DNA of 64,000 nucleotides from Candidatus Roizmanbacteria bacterium RIFCSPLOWO2_01_FULL_39_19 (GTDB taxonomy: Bacteria > Patescibacteriota > Microgenomatia > UBA1406 > HO2-37-13b). Under the pieces are notes generated by a model that was given only the letters and a program-made list of their open reading frames with translations, was not told where the DNA came from and made no database searches. Below, piece by piece: positions 34,380 through 43,049 of the stretch. The position numbers and the translations under genes are program-made. The stretch is from the NCBI GenBank assembly GCA_001789725.1, contig MGAM01000015.1, positions 12,470 through 76,469 on the forward strand. Reading direction: 5' to 3'. Numbering within the stretch: position 1 is the stretch's first letter; each line of letters opens with the position of its first letter.

Positions 34380-35612
34380 TCATTCCTTCTTGAATGGGTT
34401 TGTTTCGTTAAAAACGATTCCCATAAAAACCCCAACAAAAAGTATGTTCTGTTGTGAGGTGATAGAGTAGTGATCAAACAATCCTGTTAATCCGATAACC
34501 CCAAAAAATATTAAAGACTTCTTATTTTTTTTGACCAACTCATACAAACAAAACCCAACAATTCCAAAAAGCAATAATCCCCACTCAACAAGCGCCACCA
34601 AAAAAATATTATGGATTGGTTGATTAAAAAGGTACAAAGATTTTGTAGGGAGCCGAGACAAAGCATAGAGATGCTGTCCTAACCCATACCCAAATAGTGG
34701 TTTTTGAAAAAATAAAACAATCCCGTTTTGCAGTAGTAATAATCTCTCCGTAATTGACACGGTATTGTTTACCGATGTTAAAAACAATCCCCCCAATGTC
34801 CCAACACTTAAAAATCTCGCCACTTTGCAAAATCGGCACGATGATAAAGTAAAAAAAAACAAATAGAAAGATGATACAACCATCCAAGTCAAGATTGCAT
34901 TTTTAGAAAACGAGAAAAGCACAAGGAGGCTTGATAAAAATAACAAAATATACGACCAAAACGAGTAATTCTTAGCAAGTTTTAGATATTTTTGAAAAAG
35001 AACGAGAGTGTAGACCAAGACATAAAACCCTCCTAAACTATTTGGGTGAGAGAAGGTTCCATAGGGACGCAACATTTCAACCCCATTTAGCGCAGTTTTG
35101 GCAATTGCCGGAGTGCTGACTGAAAAATATCTCTCACCTAAGTAATAAAAAATCCCCTGGAGCGACGACTGAGTCTTAATTTGTGAGATTGACAAAAATA
35201 ACTCAACGAGCGCTCCAATAACAAAAGCAAAGATAACCCTTCTAAAGTTGGTTGGTGCTCTATAAAAAATAATCCCAATACAAACGATTTCTAGATATTT
35301 TGTGAATATATAGGTCCCAACCATTAACTGAGGAGACAGTATAATATTAATTACAGAGAAAGCTAAGACAATCAAAACATATTTTCTATATTTGGCCAAA
35401 ACCCCAAAAATTATCTTGATGTTTAGGATTATAAGTAAAAGGGCCAGTAAATCCGTTAAATAAAACTTTGTTGCCAAGTAATCAACCCTTATTCCGTTGA
35501 TGTAAGAAAAATCAAAGAAAAAATGTTTCCCTAGCTGAGTCGGCAGAAAAAGCACTAGCAAGAAGATAAGTAATGGTGTGAATTTTTGTCTTATAGAATT
35601 AACGTTGAGCAT
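34380..35612 (-). CDS. O-antigen ligase / Wzy_C-family polytopic membrane protein
   Basis: ~10 TM helices with a central loop (GTFSHPNSLGGFYVL). Its start codon lies 2 nt from the divergent smpB ORF start. Confidence 0.65.
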   Translation of the reverse strand: MLNVNSIRQKFTPLLIFLLVLFLPTQLGKHFFFDFSYINGIRVDYLATKFYLTDLLALLLIILNIKIIFGVLAKYRKYVLIVLAFSVINIILSPQLMVGTYIFTKYLEIVCIGIIFYRAPTNFRRVIFAFVIGALVELFLSISQIKTQSSLQGIFYYLGERYFSVSTPAIAKTALNGVEMLRPYGTFSHPNSLGGFYVLVYTLVLFQKYLKLAKNYSFWSYILLFLSSLLVLFSFSKNAILTWMVVSSFYLFFFTLSSCRFCKVARFLSVGTLGGLFLTSVNNTVSITERLLLLQNGIVLFFQKPLFGYGLGQHLYALSRLPTKSLYLFNQPIHNIFLVALVEWGLLLFGIVGFCLYELVKKNKKSLIFFGVIGLTGLFDHYSITSQQNILFVGVFMGIVFNETNPFKKE

Positions 35613-35614
35613 GA

Positions 35615-36091
35615 ATGTTTGCTACAATAATAGAAACTCTTATGAAAATTATCAATAAAAACGTTAATAGAGAATATTCTATCCTCGATAAACTCGAGGT
35701 TGGTATTGTGCTGACTGGAGCAGAGGTTAAGTCAGTTCGTGGGGGAAGAATGAGTTTGGCGGGTTCTTATGTTCGATTTATTGGAGGAGAGCCGTGTTTG
35801 GTGGGCGCCCAGATTCATGCCTACAAGTTTGATGGGAGTCCTGATTATGACGATAAACGCACCCGGCGTCTACTGTTGCATAAAAAAGAGATATTAAAAC
35901 TAAATATTAGATTATCAGAGCGCTCCAGCTTGACAATTGTGCCTCTGACCTGCTATACTAAGGGACATCGAATCAAATGTGAAATCGCGCTTGCCCAAGG
36001 CAAAAAGACCTGGGAAAAAAAGCGGGTTGAAAAAGAAACGAGTGAAAGGCGACGCGTCGAGAAAGAAATAAAAGAAAAATACAGGGGATGA
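35615..36091 (+). CDS. smpB: SsrA-binding protein SmpB
   Basis: NREYSILDKLEVGIVLTGAEVKSVR...LLLHKKEI, with a basic C-tail. An alternative start is at 35642. The stop TGA (36089-36091) lies inside the tmRNA 5' end. Confidence 0.9.
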   Translation: MFATIIETLMKIINKNVNREYSILDKLEVGIVLTGAEVKSVRGGRMSLAGSYVRFIGGEPCLVGAQIHAYKFDGSPDYDDKRTRRLLLHKKEILKLNIRLSERSSLTIVPLTCYTKGHRIKCEIALAQGKKTWEKKRVEKETSERRRVEKEIKEKYRG

Positions 36092-36503
36092 GCGGATTCG
36101 ACAGGATGATAGGTACTTTAATAAATGGCAAGGGCGCACCTATGCGTCAAATAGAAAAAAAATACTTGAGAACGACATAAACGCTCTCGCTGATCGTGTT
36201 TTGGCATTAATCGTAAGACGAAATGCTGGATACAATCGGTTTGCTTACACAGTTGCTTAACCAACAGCAACGCACAAGCACTCATTTTAGGTTTTTTACT
36301 TTTTGATTCAACCTAAATTCTGAGGTAACCAATTAAAAAGATCACAATGATCGTGCGAGTGGATTATTGTTGAAACCCTTACTCGCCCACCTATAAACGT
36401 TTGATTATTTTTGTTTATAGCTTGGTGGTAAAAATAATCTACCCCTTGCTAGAACGTTTTTTAAAGACCATTCTGGACCCGGGTTCGACTCCCGGCATCT
36501 CCA
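36084..36503 (+). ncRNA. ssrA: tmRNA (SsrA)
   Basis: The 5' end is GGGGAUGAGCGGAUUCGACAGG. The 3' end is GGACCCGGGUUCGACUCCCGGCAUCUCCA. The acceptor GGGGAUG/CAUCUCC includes G3-U. A possible tag frame ends ...AYTVA-UAA at 36258-36260; the tag is not confidently assigned. Confidence 0.85.
36430..36502 (+). repeat. attL-like copy (functional 3' end of ssrA)
   Basis: AAAAATAATCTACCCCTTGCTAGAACGTTTTTTAAAGACCATTCTGGACCCGGGTTCGACTCCCGGCATCTCC. Confidence 0.75.
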
Positions 36504-38058
36504 CAAGTTGGTTTTTAGACGATCCATGATCGTTCATTAGCCTGATAGGAAGGGACAAAGTATCGGTTCCAAACCCTTTTTCATAATCATAACTCGGTTT
36601 CTTTCCAAAGTACATATAAAGTATCGTTCTTTTTGTTTCTATATTGTCGCTTTTCCACATCTTAACAGGCTCTTTTAGGGTTGAGAAGACCTTGTTGTAG
36701 GCGGTTCCAAACTCATCCTCGGTGTAGTGTATTTGTCCAAGTGATTCTTCTAATTCAGCCTTTTCCTTCATAAGTCCTATAAGTTTATTCTCAAACAGAT
36801 TGGCTACCGATTCATCTTTTGCTTTGCCACTCCTTATGACATAGCCCTCCGCTTCTTCAGTTATCTCTATTATTCTTTTTTCTTTACTTTTATTTATCCC
36901 GGCGTCATCAGATTTGGTTTTGTCCCATACTTCACTAAATATCTCTTTCGCTAATTCAATTACGCCCGGTCCCGGCTTTATCGTACTTAGCTTGCTTTCA
37001 AATTCAGGCTCAATTTTACTCTTGCCGATTGTTTTATATCGGTAAATACAACCATCGGTTTTACACCAATAATTAGGGTATTTTTGATTCCTTCCCTTAT
37101 TCCAACTTGCCGTATATGGTTGGTCACAAGCATTACACAAAACATTAGGTCGGAGGGGAAAATCAAGATTATAGTCATTTCTTAATTTCGGAGTTGCTCT
37201 CCCGGCGAGCTTATTCTGAACCGCTTTATAGGTATCAAGGCTAATAAACCCCTCATGTTTCCCCTTTGTTAAAGGAATCTCCCATGGTTCGTACTCAATG
37301 TAACCGGTATACAACAACTCAGTCAGTATGTTTTTTGTGCCATTTAATGAAAGTGTTCGCTTAATTCCGTGTATAGCATATTGACTTAGAATGAAAAGTC
37401 GTACTTCATCTTGTGTATTAAATCTATTGCTTTCAAATCCCTCTATTGCTTCCTTATAGATTGTCGCATAGGGTTCAACATTCGTTAAAACTTTTTTGTA
37501 GATGGGATGTCCTTCGTTTTTAAGTCCGGGAGGAGGACAAAAACACCAAAACGCATCAAGTAGACGAGCTCTCATTTTTTGCATGACTTGTCGTGTGTTT
37601 TGTTTTCTAGTTAATTGACTCGCACTTGCCAGTACAAGCTCAGCAAATTCGCTCTCCGGGTTGTCTTCAAAGTTAAAGTTAAGACATTCAATCTTCGCCC
37701 CTCGTGCCATAATTTCAGCTTTCAATCTAATATGTACTGCAACGTCTCTTGCAAAGCGTGATAGATCATCAAAGATAACAACGTATGATTTATATGGGTG
37801 AGCGTCAAGGTAGGCAAGAAGCTCCTTCATTGCAGGTCTTTCAAATAAACCACCTGATACTCCTTCGTCAGGAAAAACTTTTTCAATGGGATAGTTTTTA
37901 TCTTTTGAGTAATTTATACATCTTTGTTCTTGTGAGTCTAAACCATGCCCCTCTTTAACCTGCTTAGGTGATGAAACCCTACAATAGATTAACGCATGAA
38001 GGATTTCATTTGGTTGTTTTTGATTTTCCTTTTGTTTCTTCATGGATTGTCTTTTCAC
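36439..38058 (-). CDS. Large serine recombinase
   Basis: ALIYCRVSSPKQVKEGHGLDSQ is a resolvase catalytic domain. A recombinase domain and a Cys-containing zinc-ribbon region follow (CNACDQ...CKTDGC). The last ~21 codons are antisense to the tmRNA 3' end. Confidence 0.85.
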   Translation of the reverse strand: MKRQSMKKQKENQKQPNEILHALIYCRVSSPKQVKEGHGLDSQEQRCINYSKDKNYPIEKVFPDEGVSGGLFERPAMKELLAYLDAHPYKSYVVIFDDLSRFARDVAVHIRLKAEIMARGAKIECLNFNFEDNPESEFAELVLASASQLTRKQNTRQVMQKMRARLLDAFWCFCPPPGLKNEGHPIYKKVLTNVEPYATIYKEAIEGFESNRFNTQDEVRLFILSQYAIHGIKRTLSLNGTKNILTELLYTGYIEYEPWEIPLTKGKHEGFISLDTYKAVQNKLAGRATPKLRNDYNLDFPLRPNVLCNACDQPYTASWNKGRNQKYPNYWCKTDGCIYRYKTIGKSKIEPEFESKLSTIKPGPGVIELAKEIFSEVWDKTKSDDAGINKSKEKRIIEITEEAEGYVIRSGKAKDESVANLFENKLIGLMKEKAELEESLGQIHYTEDEFGTAYNKVFSTLKEPVKMWKSDNIETKRTILYMYFGKKPSYDYEKGFGTDTLSLPIRLMNDHGSSKNQLVEMPGVEPGSRMVFKKRSSKG

Positions 38059-38158
38059 ACAAATTATAAAGCAGAATCATTATATCCTCTACTTGTTTGT
38101 CGGTTAATTGTGAATACTTTTCTCCTAATTTTTCTCTTGCCTTCTGAAGGGACAGCAT
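38006..38158 (-). CDS. Possible small helical protein (50 aa) overlapping the recombinase start
   Basis: My translation is MLSLQKAREKLGEKYSQLTDKQVEDIMILLYNLCEKTIHEETKGKSKTTK. It is below the ORF-track cutoff and has no other support. Confidence 0.25.
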   Translation of the reverse strand: MLSLQKAREKLGEKYSQLTDKQVEDIMILLYNLCEKTIHEETKGKSKTTK

Positions 38159-38493
38159 TTTCGTAATTGCTTCTTTCCTTCAGCTTCAAAAAAAGCCTCA
38201 GGAAAAACTTCAGAAAGCTATAATCCATTGCCATTATTTGTTAGACAACTTAGCGTTCCGTGTTTCCCAAGGCCTCCCTCGGTGATCAGTAGTCAAAAAA
38301 CTACCTTTTCCGGCATATCGTTTGGTTCAGGAGATAGTTATCCTGCTAATTGTTACTATAAGAATAGTAAATTGTAGTCTTTAGGTCAATCCATAAGAAC
38401 TATATCAAAAAGGGTCAAAGCCGTTCTTATATTGCAACATTCTTTAACAGCGGACAGGGTGATACGTCTAACCTCTCATAAAATCATCCATAT

Positions 38494-38874
38494 TTAACAG
38501 TTCGCATTGTACAAACCAACGATTTTATGTATCTCTTGTATGTAGTGAAGTCGTGCCGTGTAATCTACCATTCCATTGCTTGTGACGGCGTCAAGTCCCT
38601 CGGTTAATCGTCGCTCTACTTTAGAATTATTTCCAACCAAACCAACCTTTTTGAGTTCATGTTGCAATGCTTTTACAATGTTAGGTTTTGAAAGGTATTC
38701 AGACGCCATTGAGCGAGCTGTAGCATCGGTTTTAACGTCATACACCCTCTTTATACATTCTTTCGGCTTGATCGGTTTTCCCATGCGTATAGCGGTCACT
38801 AAATGAGCAATAAAGAGTTGTTGTCTTAATGTAAGACCAAAAGGATTATGCTTGTTAATTGCAATGTAGGGCAT
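38494..38874 (-). CDS. Terminase small-subunit-like HTH protein (tentative)
   Basis: LTLRQQLFIAHLV...KECIKRVYDVKTDATARSMASEYLSKPNIVKAL resembles the Terminase_2 N-terminal pattern (LT.kQ..F...Y......A...aGY....a...a..ll..p.v...i). Confidence 0.4.
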   Translation of the reverse strand: MPYIAINKHNPFGLTLRQQLFIAHLVTAIRMGKPIKPKECIKRVYDVKTDATARSMASEYLSKPNIVKALQHELKKVGLVGNNSKVERRLTEGLDAVTSNGMVDYTARLHYIQEIHKIVGLYNANC

Positions 38875-38970
38875 AGCATATTATATCAAGCAAGAATTAT
38901 TTTCTAAAAAATTATTGTGCGATTTGATTAGGTGTCTTACCACTAGTTTTTGTGACCCAAACCCATCGTC

Positions 38971-39498
38971 ATGCCACCCCCCGACATCATAGAAAAATCC
39001 TATCATTTGTGCTACAATACAGCTTGTATGGATAGTCCAAACAGTAAAGCGATTGATATTATTTCAACGTATTTCATAGAGATAATACAAATAGTCATTC
39101 TCCTTGGATTTATTCTTCTTAAATTCGCTCAGGTAATTGATCAGCAAACACTTCTCGTTGTTTCCCTATTTGTAATAGGCTCAATTTCGGTAAGATTCTT
39201 AGCAACAACATATCTTAATTATGTTATCACAATAAGGAATACGGCATATTTCCAAGACAATAGAACCGCAAACTTTTTGACGTTTGATGCTTTGAAGTTT
39301 GTTTTGATACTTGTTAGTTTAATATCAATAATTGTTTTAGGGTTAAACAATGTTTTGAACAATGAAACAATAGCCACGTTATTGGGAGGCTTGATTGGAT
39401 CACTCTTAACTATGAGAGGTAGCTATTCAGATTTGAAACCATTATCAAAGAAAGAAATGGAGGAGTTAAACCCCACATCCCAAACACCACAACCTTAA
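38971..39498 (+). CDS. Hypothetical membrane protein (4 TM helices)
   Basis: The hydrophobic segments are clear. The true start may be the internal MDSPNSK. Confidence 0.5.
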   Translation: MPPPDIIEKSYHLCYNTACMDSPNSKAIDIISTYFIEIIQIVILLGFILLKFAQVIDQQTLLVVSLFVIGSISVRFLATTYLNYVITIRNTAYFQDNRTANFLTFDALKFVLILVSLISIIVLGLNNVLNNETIATLLGGLIGSLLTMRGSYSDLKPLSKKEMEELNPTSQTPQP

Positions 39499-39538
39499 TA
39501 CCGCCAACACACAGAAACCTTCTTATTTAAGACAAGTA

Positions 39539-40237
39539 TTAGTTATTCCCCACAACTCCATAGCGTACATTTGTTTTTCCATCCTCAATGGTTATGTTTG
39601 CAATCCAAATCTTACCTAACTCATCGGTTTTTTTAACATGAACACCACCATCGGGCATAGAAGGGTAGTCTCCTATCTTGATCATCCGCAAAGGCTTATT
39701 TCGTGGTAAATTTGGTGGTAAGAATTGACAATCTCTTTCTAGCTCCTCGTACGTTGCTTCTTTTGTGACAACTTCAAGCCCGGATTGTGCAATTTTATTG
39801 ACCTCGGTTTCAATTTGTTCCTTCAAAGAAACATCAAGTTCTCCTTCATATTCAAGGAAGGCTTTTTTACCATGACCTCCTCTTATGGGTTTAAGGTCTT
39901 TGACGATCGTCATTAAAACATCATGTAAAAGATGACCGGCAGTATGAATTTGCATATACTTATATCGCCAATTCCAATCAATAGTGCCTTTAACGGCGTC
40001 ACCTTTCTTCAGGTCTCCTTTAACTTGATGGATGATTTCACCATCCGATACTCTCACATATTCAACATGAGCGGTTCCCAAAGTTCCTCTATCAGATGGT
40101 TGCCCACCACCCTCGGGGTAAAAAATAGTTTGATCTAAAACAACGTTTAGTAGGCTCCCGGCTTGTTCGGCACTAACAACAGTACAATCAAGCTCGGTCT
40201 GATAAGGGTCTTGGTAATATATTTGTTTAGTATTCAT
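39539..40237 (-). CDS. AlaX-type alanyl-tRNA editing (trans-editing) domain protein
   Basis: VLDQTIFYPEGGGQPSDRG, IDWNWRYKYMQIHTAGHLLH (HxxxH zinc motif), and a C-terminal DGGVHV where the family normally has CGGxHV. Confidence 0.75.
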   Translation of the reverse strand: MNTKQIYYQDPYQTELDCTVVSAEQAGSLLNVVLDQTIFYPEGGGQPSDRGTLGTAHVEYVRVSDGEIIHQVKGDLKKGDAVKGTIDWNWRYKYMQIHTAGHLLHDVLMTIVKDLKPIRGGHGKKAFLEYEGELDVSLKEQIETEVNKIAQSGLEVVTKEATYEELERDCQFLPPNLPRNKPLRMIKIGDYPSMPDGGVHVKKTDELGKIWIANITIEDGKTNVRYGVVGNN

Positions 40238-40248
40238 AGGATTTTTAA

Positions 40249-40668
40249 TTATCTAAGGGATGGTAAACTCCCTGTAACTTTAGTAACAGATTTCTTGTCT
40301 CCATAGATCGCAATCGCATCTATGTCTAAATCATTGTAATTGGTCTCCGCGACCGATTTTTTGTATTCTTCATACGACCTCATTCCTTGTGCACGAGTCA
40401 GAAATACTATAATTTTGCACCCTAACTCCTCACCTCTTTTGCAAAGTTCAAGAAATGATATATTTGGCTTAGCAGTCAATATGGGAATAGGAATTTGTGT
40501 AAACCCCAAAAGTTCAATCCCATCTTTTGTAACTAAATTCTGACCGGGTAAGCTTGGAATATGCATCGCAAGACCGGTTGCAAGAACTGCCGCTCTATTT
40601 GCAGCTAACCCTATTCCTAAAGTTGAACTGACAACTATAACGACCTTTAATTCTTCATGTTCTTCCAT
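40249..40668 (-). CDS. DUF2000 family protein
   Basis: KVVIVVSSTLGIGLAANRAAVLATGLA...TKDGIELLGFTQIPIPIL...IVFLTRAQ...YGDKKSVTKVTGSLPSLR matches the DUF2000 pattern as I remember it. It lies 11 nt upstream of alaX. Confidence 0.65.
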   Translation of the reverse strand: MEEHEELKVVIVVSSTLGIGLAANRAAVLATGLAMHIPSLPGQNLVTKDGIELLGFTQIPIPILTAKPNISFLELCKRGEELGCKIIVFLTRAQGMRSYEEYKKSVAETNYNDLDIDAIAIYGDKKSVTKVTGSLPSLR

Positions 40669-40700
40669 ATTTCAATTATTATAACTAATAAATTTGTGAT

Positions 40701-40732
40701 TGGGCAAAGCGGGGAGGAATCATCCTCCCCGC
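40701..40732 (-). terminator. Strong 10-bp GC-rich hairpin after the 95-aa ORF
   Basis: GCGGGGAGGA (40709-40718), loop ATCA, TCCTCCCCGC (40723-40732). On the minus strand it is followed by UUUGCCC. Confidence 0.5.
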
Positions 40733-40749
40733 ATGGTATCAATGCCACA

Positions 40750-41037
40750 CTAGCCACTCCGAGGTGAAAAATGGGCAACACATGGTTCACATGATGTGCG
40801 GTGTTGATAAAGACCTTGTCTTGCCTCTTGAACTTCTAACATTGGAATAAGCTCTTCAGCCGGGTAGTCGGTTCTTCCTTCCCAAACCTCCGGTGCGTGT
40901 TCTTGCGAATAATTAACACGAATTGTCCCTCCTCCTATTCTTTCCAAAGCTGAAAGCTGTCGTTGTAAGCCTTGATAGGTTGGACACCAATGACTATCTC
41001 TTTCAACACCTCCTTTTCCTGATAATGCTTCTGACAT
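40750..41037 (-). CDS. Small (95 aa) Cys-containing hypothetical protein, GC-richer than its surroundings
   Basis: A strong SD (AAAGGGGGTGA) lies 6 nt upstream of the ATG. Terminator hairpins flank it on both sides. I recognise no family. Confidence 0.55.
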   Translation of the reverse strand: MSEALSGKGGVERDSHWCPTYQGLQRQLSALERIGGGTIRVNYSQEHAPEVWEGRTDYPAEELIPMLEVQEARQGLYQHRTSCEPCVAHFSPRSG

Positions 41038-41080
41038 AATTTCTCACCCCCTTTCATGTTTTAATTTATATTTGGCATAC

Positions 41081-41139
41081 TAAAAACCCGCCGGGTGGCG
41101 GGTCTTGTTGGCAAAAAAAATCCCCGCCTATTTGCGGGG
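41081..41139 (-). terminator. Two tandem intrinsic terminators (minus strand)
   Basis: T1 is ACCCGCC-GGGT-GGCGGGT (41086-41103) followed on the minus strand by UUUUU. T2 is CCCCGC-CTATTT-GCGGGG (41122-41139) followed by AUUUUUUUU. Confidence 0.7.
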
Positions 41140-41406
41140 TATGTGTTTTCTAATGCAATACATTAGTCACCCCGCGTAAGCAGGGTAAAAAAGTTATTGA
41201 TTCCTTTTATGTAGCCTTGTGTCAACATAATTCAATTATACCATGAAATGCTTCAAAAGCAAAACATCATGTTCAAACACTCCTATGTGATATTGGCATA
41301 CTATCTTCAGGCAAGTTCAGATTCAGATGATTGAGCACCGGATACCATTTCCAAACATACTCTTCTATTTGGTTCCAATTTTCAGCAAACTTGTCCACCG
41401 AAGAAT

Positions 41407-41934
41407 TCAAACATATTGGAGTAATTGTGGTATTTCTTTTATACCAAACGTATCAGTAAAGTGTCCGGCCCCCTTAATTAAAACACTTTTCCCTCCTAGC
41501 CTTTTACTCATCTGCTCATTAATAAAATAAGTACAATACGGATCATTATCAGAGCTTATACAATAAATCTCTGAAACATTTTTCTTAATTTTTTCATGAT
41601 CCAGAGCATTTGGCCAAAACAGCCGATGTTCTTTTGTTAAATCATTAAAATCCCAACCCGATATTAAAAACATTTTCTTAAACAAATATTTTTCAGCCAG
41701 TCTCATTGCTAGTAAACAGCCAATGCTGTGGCCAAAGATAATCATATTCCTATTAATAGTTAATAAATTCTTAATAAAATCCAACTGTTTCTTCATGTCA
41801 GGTAAGTCCGTATCCATAGTTGGAAGTTCGGGAAGATAAACTTGATATCTTCGTTTTTCAAGCTCTTGTTTTAACCACGAATACCAATTGTTTTCTGGCT
41901 TTTCATACCAAGCATGTAAAATGAGCGCTTTCAT
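41407..41934 (-). CDS. YdeN/RBBP9-type alpha/beta serine hydrolase
   Basis: ILHAWYEKPENNWYSWL... and the nucleophile elbow IIFGHSIGC; 175 aa. Confidence 0.65.
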   Translation of the reverse strand: MKALILHAWYEKPENNWYSWLKQELEKRRYQVYLPELPTMDTDLPDMKKQLDFIKNLLTINRNMIIFGHSIGCLLAMRLAEKYLFKKMFLISGWDFNDLTKEHRLFWPNALDHEKIKKNVSEIYCISSDNDPYCTYFINEQMSKRLGGKSVLIKGAGHFTDTFGIKEIPQLLQYV

Positions 41935-42029
41935 AAATGTATTATATCAAGCAAACAAAAACGATAAACGCGTTGATGTTTGACAGGACTTATATCCTGT
42001 GGTAAAGTATAAGTACCATACGCGTACCT

Positions 42030-43049
42030 ATGTATCAGCCATTTTTTGAAATCTCACCTAGAATAAGCAGTGCTCTGGAAGCAATTGGACAGATTCTTGG
42101 ATTTTTAAAAGCCACTCGTATCCCTAAAGCCTACGAAAAAGAATATCTAACAAAAGTAATTATAGATACTATAAATTCTTCAACTGCTATTGAAGGTAAC
42201 ACTCTTACTCCTTCTCAAATAAGAAAAGTTGTTAAGGGTAAAAAAATTATTGCTATGCAAAAGGATATCCAAGAAGTTAAAAATTATCATCGAGCCGTTA
42301 AGGAACTAATAAAAATTACGAAAACCAAAGACGATATATCTGAAAAAATAATTCTTAACTTACATAAAATTATTACCAACAAGCTTGATATTAATCGATC
42401 AGGTCAATATCGAAAACAGATGGTTATTGTTGGTGATTATTTATCTCCCAAACCTAATGAAGTTCTAAGACTAATGAAGGAGTTTGTCAAATGGATTAAT
42501 AAACCCACTCCAACAGACTTATCGCCACTTCTTTATGCTGGTATAGTTCATTATCGTTTTGTTGCCATTCATCCTTTTGCTGACGGTAATGGTCGAACGG
42601 CAAGGATTTTAACCAAATTAATTCTGATGAAATTTGGTTATAACATTACTAAGTTATTCTCTCTTGAAACTTATTATAATCGTGACAGAAAAGCTTATTA
42701 TCAAGCATTATCAACCATAGATAAATATCGTATTGACAGAAAAGAAAATTTAACGCTTTGGCTCGAATATTTTATTGAAGGAATGCTTGTTGAGGCAGAA
42801 AGAGCAAGGTCTAAAATAATTGAACTCCAGTCAAAAAGTAAACAGGTACCGATATTATTAACTAATAGCCAACAAAAAGCTTTAGTTTGGTTTACAAAAA
42901 ATAAAATTCTGCGAATGCAAGATTATATTAAAATATCAGGACTAAGCCGTAAAGGTGCATATAAAAGCCTAAATGTATTAGTTAAATTAAGGCAAATTAT
43001 CAAGGTCGGGGTGGGAAAACAAACCTATTACGTCTTGCTTGAAAAATAA
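42030..43049 (+). CDS. Fic family protein (AMPylase-type) with an N-terminal inhibitory motif and a C-terminal wHTH
   Basis: Active site HPFADGNGRTARIL. Upstream (S/T)xxxE(G/N)-type motif STAIEGN. C-terminal DNA-binding-like domain. The stop codon falls within the attR repeat. Confidence 0.85.
   Translation: MYQPFFEISPRISSALEAIGQILGFLKATRIPKAYEKEYLTKVIIDTINSSTAIEGNTLTPSQIRKVVKGKKIIAMQKDIQEVKNYHRAVKELIKITKTKDDISEKIILNLHKIITNKLDINRSGQYRKQMVIVGDYLSPKPNEVLRLMKEFVKWINKPTPTDLSPLLYAGIVHYRFVAIHPFADGNGRTARILTKLILMKFGYNITKLFSLETYYNRDRKAYYQALSTIDKYRIDRKENLTLWLEYFIEGMLVEAERARSKIIELQSKSKQVPILLTNSQQKALVWFTKNKILRMQDYIKISGLSRKGAYKSLNVLVKLRQIIKVGVGKQTYYVLLEK

Noticed and set aside
35610-35617. Back-to-back divergent start codons (CATgaATG) of the O-antigen-ligase-like gene and smpB as a special regulatory arrangement.
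   Set aside because: smpB may really start at the ATG at 35642 (MKIINKN), which gives a normal short divergent spacer. The evidence is insufficient to call it unusual.
36100-36260. Tried to define the tmRNA tag peptide.
   Set aside because: One frame ends ...NRFAYTVA-UAA (stop at 36258-36260), but the resume codon cannot be placed by eye and the implied tag would be unusually long. It is reported only as a possibility in the ssrA evidence.
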